Shown: positions 9,599 to 19,189 of the stretch, in pieces | Layout of the letters: every line of letters begins with the position of its first letter | How positions within the stretch are numbered: the stretch's first letter is position 1 | Assembly (NCBI GenBank): GCA_964398365.1 | Contig: CAYNMC010000038.1 | Span: 25,727 to 89,726, forward strand | Length of the DNA: 64,000 nucleotides | Origin: an uncultured Pseudomonadales bacterium | Lineage (GTDB): Bacteria > Patescibacteriota > Microgenomatia > UBA1400 > CAYNMC01 | Reading direction: 5' to 3' | Notes under the pieces: generated by a model | Databases searched by the model: none | Seen by the model: only the letters and a program-made list of their open reading frames with translations | Told to the model about the DNA's origin: nothing | Position numbers and translations under genes: made by a program

Positions 9599-10330
9599 CT
9601 ACCACTCTTTAAGAATATCATTAAGTAAAGTGCCAAAATATCTCACCGTCGGAATTACATAAGCAAAATTAAACCGGCACGAACCAATAACACCCAGCGA
9701 ACCCTTAAGACTTGAAGCTTGAAAGTCAGTAAACACTAAAGCACAGGAATTAAGAACTTCCAAACCCCAATCTTCACCCAGTAGAACATGAACACTTTCT
9801 TCTTCAGCAGCCTTCGCAAAAACTTTATGAATTGCCGAAAAATCCTCAATTAAACCCAGAACGGTTTTGGTAACATCGATATCAAAAAATTCAGGAAGAT
9901 CTAAAATATTCGCATAGCCGGCATGATAAAGATCCCCTTCGCTGGTTAAAGCCACCGCTAGGGCATCGGTTTTTTGAGCTAAAACCTGCGTAGTTTGACT
10001 TAGAAGTTTTTCTATCTTTGTCCGCGCATCCCAAATTTTTTCCTTGACGGCGACTTCGTCGGCTACCGAAAGCTGCTTTTCTTCCATCAATTGTTTGAGG
10101 TAAAACCTCAAAGCAGCAGTCGTGGGTAACCGCCCGCCGGAAATATGAGCTTTATGCAAAAAACCTTTCTTTTCTAGTTGAGCCATTTCATTGCGAATCG
10201 TGGCGGGTGAAACCCCTAAATTATATTTTTTATCCAACATCTCACTTCCCACTGCCTCACCGCTTTGAATATTTTCTTCAATGATGGTTTTTAAAATTTT
10301 TAATTGTCGAGGTGTCAGCTCTTCATTCAT
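9599..10330 (-). CDS. hrcA: heat-inducible transcriptional repressor HrcA (short, 243 aa)
   Basis: N-terminal winged helix LTPRQLKILKTIIEE...VGSEMLDKKYNLGVSPATIRNEMAQLEKKGFL. A CIRCE operator lies immediately upstream. Confidence 0.88.
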   Translation of the reverse strand: MNEELTPRQLKILKTIIEENIQSGEAVGSEMLDKKYNLGVSPATIRNEMAQLEKKGFLHKAHISGGRLPTTAALRFYLKQLMEEKQLSVADEVAVKEKIWDARTKIEKLLSQTTQVLAQKTDALAVALTSEGDLYHAGYANILDLPEFFDIDVTKTVLGLIEDFSAIHKVFAKAAEEESVHVLLGEDWGLEVLNSCALVFTDFQASSLKGSLGVIGSCRFNFAYVIPTVRYFGTLLNDILKEW

Positions 10331-10351
10331 GAGTTTTAAACCTCCCTTTAA

Positions 10352-10378
10352 TTAGCACTATCCTAACAAGACTGCTAA
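10352..10378 (-). promoter_or_regulatory. CIRCE operator (HrcA binding site) overlapping the hrcA promoter
   Basis: TTAGCACTA-N9-GACTGCTAA against the consensus TTAGCACTC-N9-GAGTGCTAA (8/9 per arm). A TTGACA -35 box (complement of 10383..10388) sits just upstream on the minus strand. AAGGGAGG ribosome-binding site lies before the hrcA ATG. Confidence 0.85.
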
Positions 10379-10435
10379 GAGTTGTCAAGAGGATAAAAAG
10401 AAACGAGAAAGACCATAAATTTCAAGAATCAGGAT

Positions 10436-11149
10436 TTAATAACAACCTTTTTTAATATAAAAGATAAAGGGTGGTTTTTGGGAATCATGAATTTTCTGGG
10501 CTAGAGCCAAACCCACATAACGCCAGTGCCAAGGTTCAAAATTATAGCCGGTCAAAACTTGATCCTCTTTACCATGAGACATCACAAAGCCATATTTATA
10601 GGCATTTTCTTGCAACCACTGCCATTCTTTATCTCCTTCCTTAATTGTTCTTTTGTCAGAAAAAGCCAAATCCACCGCGGTTCCCAACTGATGTTCGCTG
10701 TAACCAACTTCGGCAACTTGCCGGTGACCCTGCTGACCTAGCAACTTTAAAATTTTTTCTTTTAAAAAACGCTGTTGATCAGCGGAACGGTAAGCAGACA
10801 AAACATAAACTGAGCTCCCTAAATCTTGATGTAAAGCACTTAAGAGCAATTTAAGCTGTTGGGCCGCCTCCGCCCTTAAATATTGCCGACCAAAGACGGC
10901 AAAATTTTCTTCTTGAAACAAAACTAAATCTTGAGGTTGATAAGAAGGATCGATACTCGTATATTTGGTCACCGCGATGTTTAGGGAATCTTCATTAAAG
11001 CAAATTTTACCGGCTTTTTTTTCTGATTCTTCCAAGGCAGTCATTAAACCCAAAACCTTTCTAAAATCTTGATTTTTAGAAATCAAACACCAGCTGATAA
11101 TCCCTAAAAAAATGATCAATAAGCTGAAATTAATTTTATTTTCAATCAT
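10436..11149 (-). CDS. D-alanyl-D-alanine carboxypeptidase, VanY / peptidase M15B family, membrane anchored
   Basis: N-terminal TM segment, then SAYRSADQQ, GYSEHQLGTAVD and EPWHWRYVG, the zinc-ligand motif set of VanY-type enzymes. Confidence 0.8.
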   Translation of the reverse strand: MIENKINFSLLIIFLGIISWCLISKNQDFRKVLGLMTALEESEKKAGKICFNEDSLNIAVTKYTSIDPSYQPQDLVLFQEENFAVFGRQYLRAEAAQQLKLLLSALHQDLGSSVYVLSAYRSADQQRFLKEKILKLLGQQGHRQVAEVGYSEHQLGTAVDLAFSDKRTIKEGDKEWQWLQENAYKYGFVMSHGKEDQVLTGYNFEPWHWRYVGLALAQKIHDSQKPPFIFYIKKGCY

Positions 11150-11171
11150 TAAGTAAAGTATAATTAACTTT

Positions 11172-12506
11172 ATGAAAATTGTCGCCGATCTTCATCTCCA
11201 TTCTAAATATTCCCGCGCCGTCTCTCAACAAATGGATCTTTTTTATCTTGAAGAATGGGCTAAAAAAAAGGGGATTGACTTGCTGGGTACCGGCGATTTT
11301 ACCCATCCCTTGTGGTTTAGTGAACTTGAAACAAAGCTAAAAGAGGTTTCTGAAGGTATTTATGTCTTAAAAGATCATTCTTCGGCGGCGGTAAATTTTG
11401 TTTTAACTTGCGAGCTAAGTTCAATTTATTCTCAAGGTGGCCGCTTAAGACGTATTCACAATCTTGTTTTCGCACCTTCTCTGGCTACGGCAAAAAAAAT
11501 TAATCAAGAATTAACCAGAAGAGGGGTTAATCTTCTGGCTGATGGTCGACCAACCCTTGGTTTATCTGCCATCCACTTAGCAGAGTTAATTTGGTCGTTG
11601 GATGAAAATTGTTTAATTATCCCCGCTCATGTCTGGACACCATGGTTTTCTTTGTATGGTTCAAAATCAGGTTTTGATTCTCTTGAAGAATGCTTTGGTA
11701 ATTTTCAGAATAAAATTTACGCCATTGAAACTGGTTTATCGTCTGATCCGGCCATGAATTGGCGCATTGAAGAACTTAAAAATCGTTCAATTTTATCATT
11801 TTCCGATGCCCACTCACCAACAAAACTTGGTCGAGAAGCCACGGTTTTTAAAATTAAAAATAAAAGCCTGAAAAATCAAGTTAATTTCTCTTTTAAAGAT
11901 TTGGCAGCAGCCATCAAACAAGAAAAAGAAGCAGTTTGGGAAATCAGTCACACAATTGAGTTTTATCCCGAAGAAGGTAAATATCATTACACTGGCCATC
12001 GCCATTGCCAGATTAGTCAATCACCGCAGCAAACCAAAACTAAGGGTTTCATCTGTCCGGTTTGTGGTAAACCCCTAACTGTAGGGGTGATGTCCCGAGT
12101 AGAAGAACTTGCCAGCTTCAATTCCCAAATTTTAAAAAAAGAAAGTCATTATGGAGTCATTGTCAATTATTCTGCGCTTTCACCTAACCGCCCCCCTTAT
12201 ATTATGTTAGTCCCCCTTTTGGAAATTTTAACTGAAGCCTTGAAAACCAGCAGTCATCAAAAACTCCTCAAAGCTTACGAAAATTTGATTCAAAATTTCC
12301 AGTCTGAATTAACGGTCTTGATCAAAACACCCATTGAACAAATCGCTAAAGTAGCGGGTGAGAGAGTTGCGGAGGGGATAGATAAAGTCAGACATGGAAA
12401 AATTGTTATCAAGCCTGGTTTTGATGGTCTTTTTGGCTTGGTAAAAATTTGGCCGGAAAGGAATGAAAAAACGCCACTTGTCAAAGAGCAGATGAGTCTG
12501 TTTTAA
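11172..12506 (+). CDS. PHP-domain endonuclease Q-like protein (TIGR00375-type), copy 1
   Basis: ADLHLHSKYSRA, GTGDFTHPLW and the zinc ribbon ICPVCGKPLTVGVMSRVEEL. Paralogue of 51265..52563. Family assignment is from remembered motifs, not a search. Confidence 0.7.
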   Translation: MKIVADLHLHSKYSRAVSQQMDLFYLEEWAKKKGIDLLGTGDFTHPLWFSELETKLKEVSEGIYVLKDHSSAAVNFVLTCELSSIYSQGGRLRRIHNLVFAPSLATAKKINQELTRRGVNLLADGRPTLGLSAIHLAELIWSLDENCLIIPAHVWTPWFSLYGSKSGFDSLEECFGNFQNKIYAIETGLSSDPAMNWRIEELKNRSILSFSDAHSPTKLGREATVFKIKNKSLKNQVNFSFKDLAAAIKQEKEAVWEISHTIEFYPEEGKYHYTGHRHCQISQSPQQTKTKGFICPVCGKPLTVGVMSRVEELASFNSQILKKESHYGVIVNYSALSPNRPPYIMLVPLLEILTEALKTSSHQKLLKAYENLIQNFQSELTVLIKTPIEQIAKVAGERVAEGIDKVRHGKIVIKPGFDGLFGLVKIWPERNEKTPLVKEQMSLF

Positions 12507-12542
12507 TTAAATTGTTTAATAAAATTTAAAAAAGGAGGGGCT

Positions 12543-12869
12543 ATGGCTACCTCTCATAAACTCTCATCAGGTTTAAACCGGAATCTGGCTGCGGCTTTAA
12601 GCTATGCCGGAATTTGGATAACCGGACTTATCTTTTTTTTATGGGAAAAAGAAGATAAATTTGTTAGGTTTCATGCCCTCCAATCGCTTATCTTTTTTGG
12701 CGGTTTAACTATTATCACCATGGTTCCCTTTTTAGGCTGGTTACCCATTTGGTGGATTTTGGGTTTTGTTGTTTGGCTTATCTGCATTGTCAAGGCTTAC
12801 CAAGGGGAGGAATTTTTATTACCTTTTGTGGGCCAATTCGCCAAAAATAAGCTGGAAGAAATGAAATAA
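12543..12869 (+). CDS. small multi-TM membrane protein, DUF4870/Tic20-like, copy 1
   Basis: 108 aa. AAALSYAGIWITGLIFFLWEKEDKFVRFHALQS ... KAYQGEEFLLPFVGQFA. Paralogue of 50854..51183. GGAGG ribosome-binding site upstream. Confidence 0.7.
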   Translation: MATSHKLSSGLNRNLAAALSYAGIWITGLIFFLWEKEDKFVRFHALQSLIFFGGLTIITMVPFLGWLPIWWILGFVVWLICIVKAYQGEEFLLPFVGQFAKNKLEEMK

Positions 12870-12951
12870 TCATTCCTCTTAACTTCCTCCTCGATACCTT
12901 GAAATTGAAGGGGATTTAAAATATAATTTTAGTTTAGTTTAATGAAAGCTC

Positions 12952-13869
12952 GTGATGCACAAGTTTTTAGGATTTATTATCATCTTTTTTTTGTCTTTAG
13001 GTTTAGGGGGCTGTAACCTGCCTTTTCTAAAGCCAAAAAAAGCGGCCATTCAAGTGCTTGCTAACCCGACAGCGGCGGTTTTTCTCAATGATGAACGGGT
13101 TGGCACTACCCCATTTTTTGACGATAAAATTAAACCTGCGGATTATAAAGTCAAACTGGTCACCGAAAGTAGTCAACCGCCTTTAGTTTGGGAAGGTAGA
13201 GTTAACCTTATTGGTGGTGTTCTCACCGTGATTAACCGGGATCTCGGAGAAAATGAAGAAAAAAGCAGTGGTTATGTCTTATCATTAGAACCCCAGACCA
13301 ATAAAAAAACTGCAAGCATGGTAGTCCGTACCATTCCCGATGGTGCCGTCATTTCTTTAAATAATGAACCTAAGGGATTTGCCCCTTTAAGTGTGGATAA
13401 TTTAAACGAAGGAGAAGAATCGTTAGTCATCTCTTCACCAGGTTATATTGAGAAAAGTTTTAAAGCTAAATTTATCAAAGGTTATAAACTACTGGTTGAC
13501 GCCCAACTTGCCAAAATGCCTGAAGAACAACCAAAAGTGGAAGAAGAAAAAGAAGCAACCGCCTCGGCCCAGGCCTCACCAACGCCCAAAACCAGTCCCA
13601 GCCCAAGTCCTAAAAGCAGCGCTTCGCCCAGCGCCAGTCCTAAAGAAATTGATGAATCTTTCCCCAGACCTTACGTTGTGATCAAAAGCCCAAACTTCGG
13701 TTGGGTAAGGGTTAGAAGCGAACCGAATACCCAAAGCCAAGAATTAACAAAGGTGAATGACGGTGAACAATATAAATGGCTGGCAACCAGTGCCGGGTGG
13801 TATAAGATCGAATATGAAGAGGGTAAAGAAGGCTGGATTTCTGGCAAATACGCGGAATTATATAAATAA
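12952..13869 (+). CDS. lipoprotein with PEGA-like domains, Ser/Pro linker and C-terminal SH3b-like domain
   Basis: Lipobox LGLGGC; PEGA-like VRTIPDGAVISLNNEPKGFAPL; ASPTPKTSPSPSPKSSASPSASP linker; GWVRVRSEPN...GWISGKYAELY. ATG at 12955 is the likely start, since 12952 is a GTG. Confidence 0.7.
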   Translation: MMHKFLGFIIIFFLSLGLGGCNLPFLKPKKAAIQVLANPTAAVFLNDERVGTTPFFDDKIKPADYKVKLVTESSQPPLVWEGRVNLIGGVLTVINRDLGENEEKSSGYVLSLEPQTNKKTASMVVRTIPDGAVISLNNEPKGFAPLSVDNLNEGEESLVISSPGYIEKSFKAKFIKGYKLLVDAQLAKMPEEQPKVEEEKEATASAQASPTPKTSPSPSPKSSASPSASPKEIDESFPRPYVVIKSPNFGWVRVRSEPNTQSQELTKVNDGEQYKWLATSAGWYKIEYEEGKEGWISGKYAELYK

Positions 13870-14039
13870 ATAGCGAGTCGCTTAAGCTAAAAATTAGACT
13901 AAAGTAAACTAAGGCTAAATTTTAAACTTCCTTTAACTTTACAAACCAAAACTAAAATTGCGCAAACCCTTATAAACTTAAAAGAAACCTGCTTTTCTTT
14001 ATTTAATTCTAAAAGTGGGTTTAAAAAATTGATTTAAAC

Positions 14040-14960
14040 CTACCAATAAATTGTCAAAATTAAAAGGAAAATCCAAATAATTATCGTCACAATAAGCGGT
14101 TTATCTGAAAAGAAAACCTCTTCCGGTGATTCACCTTTACCCTCATAAATAAGTTGCACATAGCGCATCACACCATAAATAACAAAGGGAATGGTCAACA
14201 TTGTCCATTTTTGAGCAACTAAAGCCCGTGGTAAATCAGCCATAATCGGCAATGTTTTACCCAATTCTAAAGCTGTCGGTTGAGAAAAGGTAAACAAAGC
14301 GTAAGTCAACCAAGTCGCGGTAGCAAAAATTGAAGTATAAACGTCCAGTAATTTCTCCGAATAAAAAAGTAGGGCTTTACGGTGTTTAGCTGCCAGACCT
14401 GCCAATAAGGTCAATTCACAACGTCTTTTCCCTACTGCCAAGAATAAAGAAAAGGAAGTTACACAAAGTAAAAGCCAAACCCCGATATGGGCATTAACGG
14501 CAACCGCTCCAGCCCAAACCCTTAAAATAAAACCAACAGCAATCACTAAAACATCTAAAATGGCTTTTTGTTTAAAATAAAAGTTATAGCTTAAATGCAA
14601 AAGAAAATAACAAAAACAAATCATAAAAAAGAAAAAAGAAAGATTGAAGGCTAAAAGTAAAGTTATAAAAAAACCAGAAACAGCTAAAAAAATTGCCATG
14701 GGGAAAGGTAAGGTACCAGCAGCAATTGGCCGACGACACTTAACAGGATGCAACCTATCTTGTGGGGCATCAACTAAATCATTAAAAAAATAAACAGTGG
14801 AGGCAGCTAAACAAAAAATGGCAAAAGCGGCAATTGCTGCCAAAAGCTTTTCGGGGATGAACAACCAACCGGAAAGGGTTAAGCCTACAAATAAACTTAG
14901 GTTTTTAACCCATTGCTTTGGTCGAGCTGAGATGAGAATTGCTTTAAAAACTTTATCCAT
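14040..14960 (-). CDS. UbiA-family transferase, decaprenyl-phosphate phosphoribosyltransferase-like
   Basis: Multi-TM protein. N-terminal RPKQWVKNLSLF and NDLVDAPQDR (NDxxDxxxD). Overlaps the upstream gene by 64 nt; no alternative start retains the motif. Confidence 0.7.
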   Translation of the reverse strand: MDKVFKAILISARPKQWVKNLSLFVGLTLSGWLFIPEKLLAAIAAFAIFCLAASTVYFFNDLVDAPQDRLHPVKCRRPIAAGTLPFPMAIFLAVSGFFITLLLAFNLSFFFFMICFCYFLLHLSYNFYFKQKAILDVLVIAVGFILRVWAGAVAVNAHIGVWLLLCVTSFSLFLAVGKRRCELTLLAGLAAKHRKALLFYSEKLLDVYTSIFATATWLTYALFTFSQPTALELGKTLPIMADLPRALVAQKWTMLTIPFVIYGVMRYVQLIYEGKGESPEEVFFSDKPLIVTIIIWIFLLILTIYW

Positions 14961-15994
14961 ATTAAAAAACTTCCCAGAATCACCATTAGCATCATGATTG
15001 TATACAATTTCCCCCTAGAACTCAAACTAAGGGCCAAAATTCCTAAAATAAGGGTAGTTAGCCAGTAAAAAATTGCCACTTTTCTCTTACTCCAGCCTGC
15101 CCGCAAAAGATGATGGTGTAAATGCTGGGCATCTCCCCAAACCGGCGAGCGACCGGTAAACAATCGATAAAGGACCACAAAAAAAGCATCCACTAAGGGT
15201 AAACTTAAAACCATGATTGCGGTCCCTACTTTAGTGGTGGCGAGAATCGAAAGCACGGCTAACATAAAACCCGCAATTGTCCCACCACCATAGCCCGGCA
15301 TAATTTTCTGGGGATAAAAATTAAAAGGTAAAAAACCAAAGTAGGCGCCGGCGGTAATAAAAGCCAAAACCGCAACCGGCCATTGCGTAATGTCAGCCGA
15401 ATAGCGAAAACTGGCGATGCCCACGGTCACCGAAGCAATCACAACAATCCCTGGCAGTTGACCATCAACGCCCTTGGCCCAGTTAACAAAATTCATACAA
15501 GCTAATAACCAAATTACGGCAAAAAGGTCAGCTAAAAGCCAAAGATGGCGCACCTTCCCAAAAAGAAAAATTGATAACTGGGGCTGATCTAAGCGAATAA
15601 TCCCGCCTAAAGGATTGGTGATAAAAGGAATGCCAATACCGCCACCAACGACACACAAGCAAGCCAGAAATCCCAAAAAAAGACGAAGATAAGGATTAAG
15701 ATCAAAAAGATCGTCAAAGAAACCAATCACCGCCAGCATCAAAAGTCCCAATAAAATTGCCCATAAATGTTTATCTGTCGGTAAAAAAAATAGACTGCTT
15801 AAAAAAATGGCCAAAAAGATGACCAAGCCGCCTCCTCGAGGAACTGGATACCGATGAATTACTTTTGGATGTTTTTTCCCAGAAGGGTCATCTAACCAAC
15901 CAAAGCGACGGTAAATTTTTATTATAAGTGGCGTAAAAAGGAAGGCCAAAAGTGAAGAAAGTAAAAAAACTTTAATCAGTTGCAGCAAATCCAT
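14897..15994 (-). CDS. polyprenyl-phosphate N-acetylhexosamine-1-phosphate transferase (WecA/TagO/MraY superfamily)
   Basis: Multi-TM protein. VPRGGGL, FFDDLFD, NFVNWAKGVDGQ and the C-terminal DAQHLHHHLLRAGWS, which is WecA-like rather than MraY-like. Confidence 0.75.
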   Translation of the reverse strand: MDLLQLIKVFLLSSLLAFLFTPLIIKIYRRFGWLDDPSGKKHPKVIHRYPVPRGGGLVIFLAIFLSSLFFLPTDKHLWAILLGLLMLAVIGFFDDLFDLNPYLRLFLGFLACLCVVGGGIGIPFITNPLGGIIRLDQPQLSIFLFGKVRHLWLLADLFAVIWLLACMNFVNWAKGVDGQLPGIVVIASVTVGIASFRYSADITQWPVAVLAFITAGAYFGFLPFNFYPQKIMPGYGGGTIAGFMLAVLSILATTKVGTAIMVLSLPLVDAFFVVLYRLFTGRSPVWGDAQHLHHHLLRAGWSKRKVAIFYWLTTLILGILALSLSSRGKLYTIMMLMVILGSFLIWIKFLKQFSSQLDQSNGLKT

Positions 15995-16003
15995 AAAAAT
16001 AAT

Positions 16004-16354
16004 TTAAATCGCCAGCAAAAATAAAATCTTGAAAAAGGTGGTAATTAACAAAAATGTCAGCAAGATATTCGTCGCTAAAAAAATCTTGCTTAGCAATTTT
16101 TCTTTTTCAGTTTGTCGATAGGCTAAAAAGATATTAAATAATCCTAGAAATAAAAGTAGACTTGGCAATAAAAAGAGATTTTTTTTGTCAGCTAACTGTT
16201 CTTTCCCCCATGGTCGGCTGTAAAAAAGTGGCACCAATGGGGGTAAATGTTGCCAGAGCAAAACTAAAATCAATAAAATTAAAAAAACTGCCGCTAATAA
16301 GCTGTAACTGCTCCAAATAAAAAGTTTGTCTTTAAAAAACTCTGTCCACTTCAT
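16004..16354 (-). CDS. small integral membrane protein (hypothetical)
   Basis: 116 aa with three or four hydrophobic segments, co-directional within the glycosylation cluster. Confidence 0.55.
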   Translation of the reverse strand: MKWTEFFKDKLFIWSSYSLLAAVFLILLILVLLWQHLPPLVPLFYSRPWGKEQLADKKNLFLLPSLLLFLGLFNIFLAYRQTEKEKLLSKIFLATNILLTFLLITTFFKILFLLAI

Positions 16355-16427
16355 AGTCGTGCTTTTGCCACAAAAAGGCTTTAGGTAAAAAGGGCAAATA
16401 AAATTAATTTAATCACCTTCTCTAATT

Positions 16428-17879
16428 TTACCCCTTTTTTAAAAAAATTGTGGTTCTTGCCAATTCAGTCACTTTAAAATAATCAAGCTTAATAAATTCG
16501 TCTAATTCCTCAAAATTAGGACTGTTTTTGATTTTAACAATTAAGCGCGGCTGGTTTTCTTTAAGCGCAAGGAGGGTTTCCTGCCATCCCTTAAAATCTA
16601 CGACGTGATAAGCAACCGTGTAGCGACCCGGTGGTAGACGTTCACTCATGATATACAAACAAGGCTCATCTCCCCAAATAAAAATGTTTTCATAAGGATA
16701 ACTCAAACTTTTGATGATTTTAGCTACTTGATAAAGTTCATTCACCTGCTCACCAAAAAAGGCAAAATAAGCTTCCTTGCTTTTTTGGCCGGTTAAAAAT
16801 TGATAAAAATTTTGATAGTAGGGCCAAACTGGATAAGACCAAAATTGGTAATGCCAAAAGGCGAAAATCAGTAAAAAAATTGCACCCATAATCCAGACTT
16901 TTTCCAAAATTTTTCTCCCCTTAAAAAACCAAATTATTAAAAGCGAAAGAGCCGGACCAACTTGGAGTAAATAATGCGGGTATGGTCTACCAGAAAGCAG
17001 GGCAGCAAATAAATCAAAGAAGAACCACAAAATTAAAAAAAGAAAGTGTTTAGCTAAATGTTGCCGTGTCAAAAAAATCAGGATAAGGATTAAAGTTAAA
17101 ATTATGCCTCGATGGCTAAACCCTGAACTTAAAGAAAATAAAGGCTTCTGCCACTCACCAGCCCACGCAGAAAGATAACCAAGGTTTTGAAAAAAAATTG
17201 CTTTTAAATAAATAGCCAAAGCCCTTTGCCACCAGTAGTAAACCACCGTTAATAAAGGCAAGAAAGAAAATCCCGTGATTAAAAAGAAAAAATTTTTAAG
17301 CTTGGCACTTGTAAGTTTTAACTTTGGGGTTTTAAAAATTAAAAAAGTGAAAGCAGCTAAAAAAGTAAAACCGGCTGGAACTTTAAAAAGAAAACCTAAA
17401 CTAAACAAAACCCCAATTAAAAAATAGTTTTTAGTTTTAAATTTGGAAATCAAAAACAACATGGCGGCCGTGGTGGGCATAATCATAAAAATTTCACCAT
17501 TGGCAATATTCCCTTCCTGAGTCACACTAAAAATGGTAAAAAATAAAGCCGCAGCAAAAGCGCTCAGTTCATTTTTAAAAATTTTTTTTGCCAAAATAAA
17601 AATTAGCCAGACATTAATTAAGTGCCAAAAAAGTAAAAAATAACGAAACCAAAATTGATTACCGACTAAAGCAGCAACCAAGTAAATAAGAGGCGGCTTA
17701 TTATCATAAATATCTCTATAAAGAACCAGTCCCTGACGCAAACCTAAACCCAAAGTTAAATAAATACCTTCATCACCATAACGATAAGGTTCGAAAAGTG
17801 AAGGTAATTGCAAACAAAATGCCAAAAAAATGGCTATGCCTAAACCTTTGGAAATATTTAATCTTTTCTGACCATCCAT
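16428..17879 (-). CDS. GT-C fold membrane glycosyltransferase (ArnT/PMT, GT39/83-like)
   Basis: 483 aa with more than 10 TM segments. N-terminal loop YRYGDEGIYLTLG...YDNKPPLIY carries the DE(x) motif typical of polyprenyl-phosphate-sugar-dependent GT-C enzymes. Confidence 0.7.
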   Translation of the reverse strand: MDGQKRLNISKGLGIAIFLAFCLQLPSLFEPYRYGDEGIYLTLGLGLRQGLVLYRDIYDNKPPLIYLVAALVGNQFWFRYFLLFWHLINVWLIFILAKKIFKNELSAFAAALFFTIFSVTQEGNIANGEIFMIMPTTAAMLFLISKFKTKNYFLIGVLFSLGFLFKVPAGFTFLAAFTFLIFKTPKLKLTSAKLKNFFFLITGFSFLPLLTVVYYWWQRALAIYLKAIFFQNLGYLSAWAGEWQKPLFSLSSGFSHRGIILTLILILIFLTRQHLAKHFLFLILWFFFDLFAALLSGRPYPHYLLQVGPALSLLIIWFFKGRKILEKVWIMGAIFLLIFAFWHYQFWSYPVWPYYQNFYQFLTGQKSKEAYFAFFGEQVNELYQVAKIIKSLSYPYENIFIWGDEPCLYIMSERLPPGRYTVAYHVVDFKGWQETLLALKENQPRLIVKIKNSPNFEELDEFIKLDYFKVTELARTTIFLKKG

Positions 17880-19174
17880 AAAAACACTAAACCATCAAAT
17901 TTTTGACTAAAACTGACCACAAAATTTTCAATTTTGACATCTTGAGGTTCTTCACTGCTAATCACGCCAATTTTTTTAATTTCTCCTAAAGATTTAATTA
18001 TATCCTCTGGCTTCATTTGAGCAGTACCCACAAAAAAGGGTAAGTCGCCGCTGGGCACATAAAGCGGCGCCCTCAAACCATAGTATTTTGCTTCCCATAA
18101 ATGATGGGCTTTCCCCGGATAATTAATCAAAACATCGTTTGCCTGAATCTGGGTTTTAATATATTGAGCTAATTGAGAGAAAGGTCTGCGGGTAGGATAA
18201 AAAAAATACTGAAGATCAAACCAAAGCCAAATTAAAATCAGCGCAGAAATCAGGACCAAGCTAATTTTTCTTCTTTCCGAAGCCAATAAAAGCAACAAAG
18301 CTGGCAAGGTATAAAGTAAATAGCGGTCAAAAAAAATAGAACTCATCAGCTGGGAAATAATAAAAGTAAAAAAAATTGGCAAAAAAAACCATAAAAGTAA
18401 AAAATAATCAATTTTTCTTTTTGCCTTCTGCCAGCGACGCAAAAATAAAAGCAGGCTTGTTAAGAGTAAAACGAGAGTTTTAAAATTTTCCGTTAAATTT
18501 TGGGTTAAAAAACTCTTTCCTAAATTAAAAAGCGAGCTTAAATTCGGTTTTGCCAGCCAAAAACCACTTTTCACAAGCATTGTTTGATAATATAAAGGAA
18601 ATAACCAAGGCAGATAAAAAAGAAAAATAAAAAGGAAGGGTAAAATCAAGAAGAAATTTTTCTTAGGGCGCTGAATAAATTGAAAAAAATTCCAAGTAAA
18701 TTGCAAAATCAAGGCAAAAAGAGAAAAGTGGTGAGTATATAAAGCGGTAGTCGCCGTAAAAATATAGGCCGGCCATTGTTTTTTTAAAAAGAAATAAAAG
18801 GAAAGGCTGGTGGTGAAAGCCAACAAGGCATACATCCTTCCTTCAAAGGCATAGCTAAATAAAAATGGATTTAAAAAGGTTAAAACCGCTACCAGAAAAC
18901 CGGTTCGCTTTCCCCATAAATAACGACCTAAGAGAAAAAGCGTCACTACCGTTCCCAGATGAAAACTAAATGATAAAAAACGAATGGCTACTTCGCTGGC
19001 ACCAAAAAGTTTCAACCAAAAATGAAGGAGGAAATAATAAAGCGGTGGTGAGGTGTCATGGGCAACAATTTTAACAATCTCTCTCAAGCTTTCATGACTA
19101 GCCAAAACCGCCGCAAAGGCTTCATCACCCCACAGACTTACATTAAATTGATTCATATGACTTGAGTTTAACAA
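17858..19174 (-). CDS. GT-C fold membrane glycosyltransferase (ArnT/PMT, GT39/83-like)
   Basis: 438 aa, multi-TM. LWGDEAFAAV...DTSPPLYYFLLHFW. Overlaps the next gene by 22 nt. Confidence 0.7.
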   Translation of the reverse strand: MLNSSHMNQFNVSLWGDEAFAAVLASHESLREIVKIVAHDTSPPLYYFLLHFWLKLFGASEVAIRFLSFSFHLGTVVTLFLLGRYLWGKRTGFLVAVLTFLNPFLFSYAFEGRMYALLAFTTSLSFYFFLKKQWPAYIFTATTALYTHHFSLFALILQFTWNFFQFIQRPKKNFFLILPFLFIFLFYLPWLFPLYYQTMLVKSGFWLAKPNLSSLFNLGKSFLTQNLTENFKTLVLLLTSLLLFLRRWQKAKRKIDYFLLLWFFLPIFFTFIISQLMSSIFFDRYLLYTLPALLLLLASERRKISLVLISALILIWLWFDLQYFFYPTRRPFSQLAQYIKTQIQANDVLINYPGKAHHLWEAKYYGLRAPLYVPSGDLPFFVGTAQMKPEDIIKSLGEIKKIGVISSEEPQDVKIENFVVSFSQKFDGLVFLWMVRKD

Positions 19175-19189
19175 GATTTAAATTGGCAA

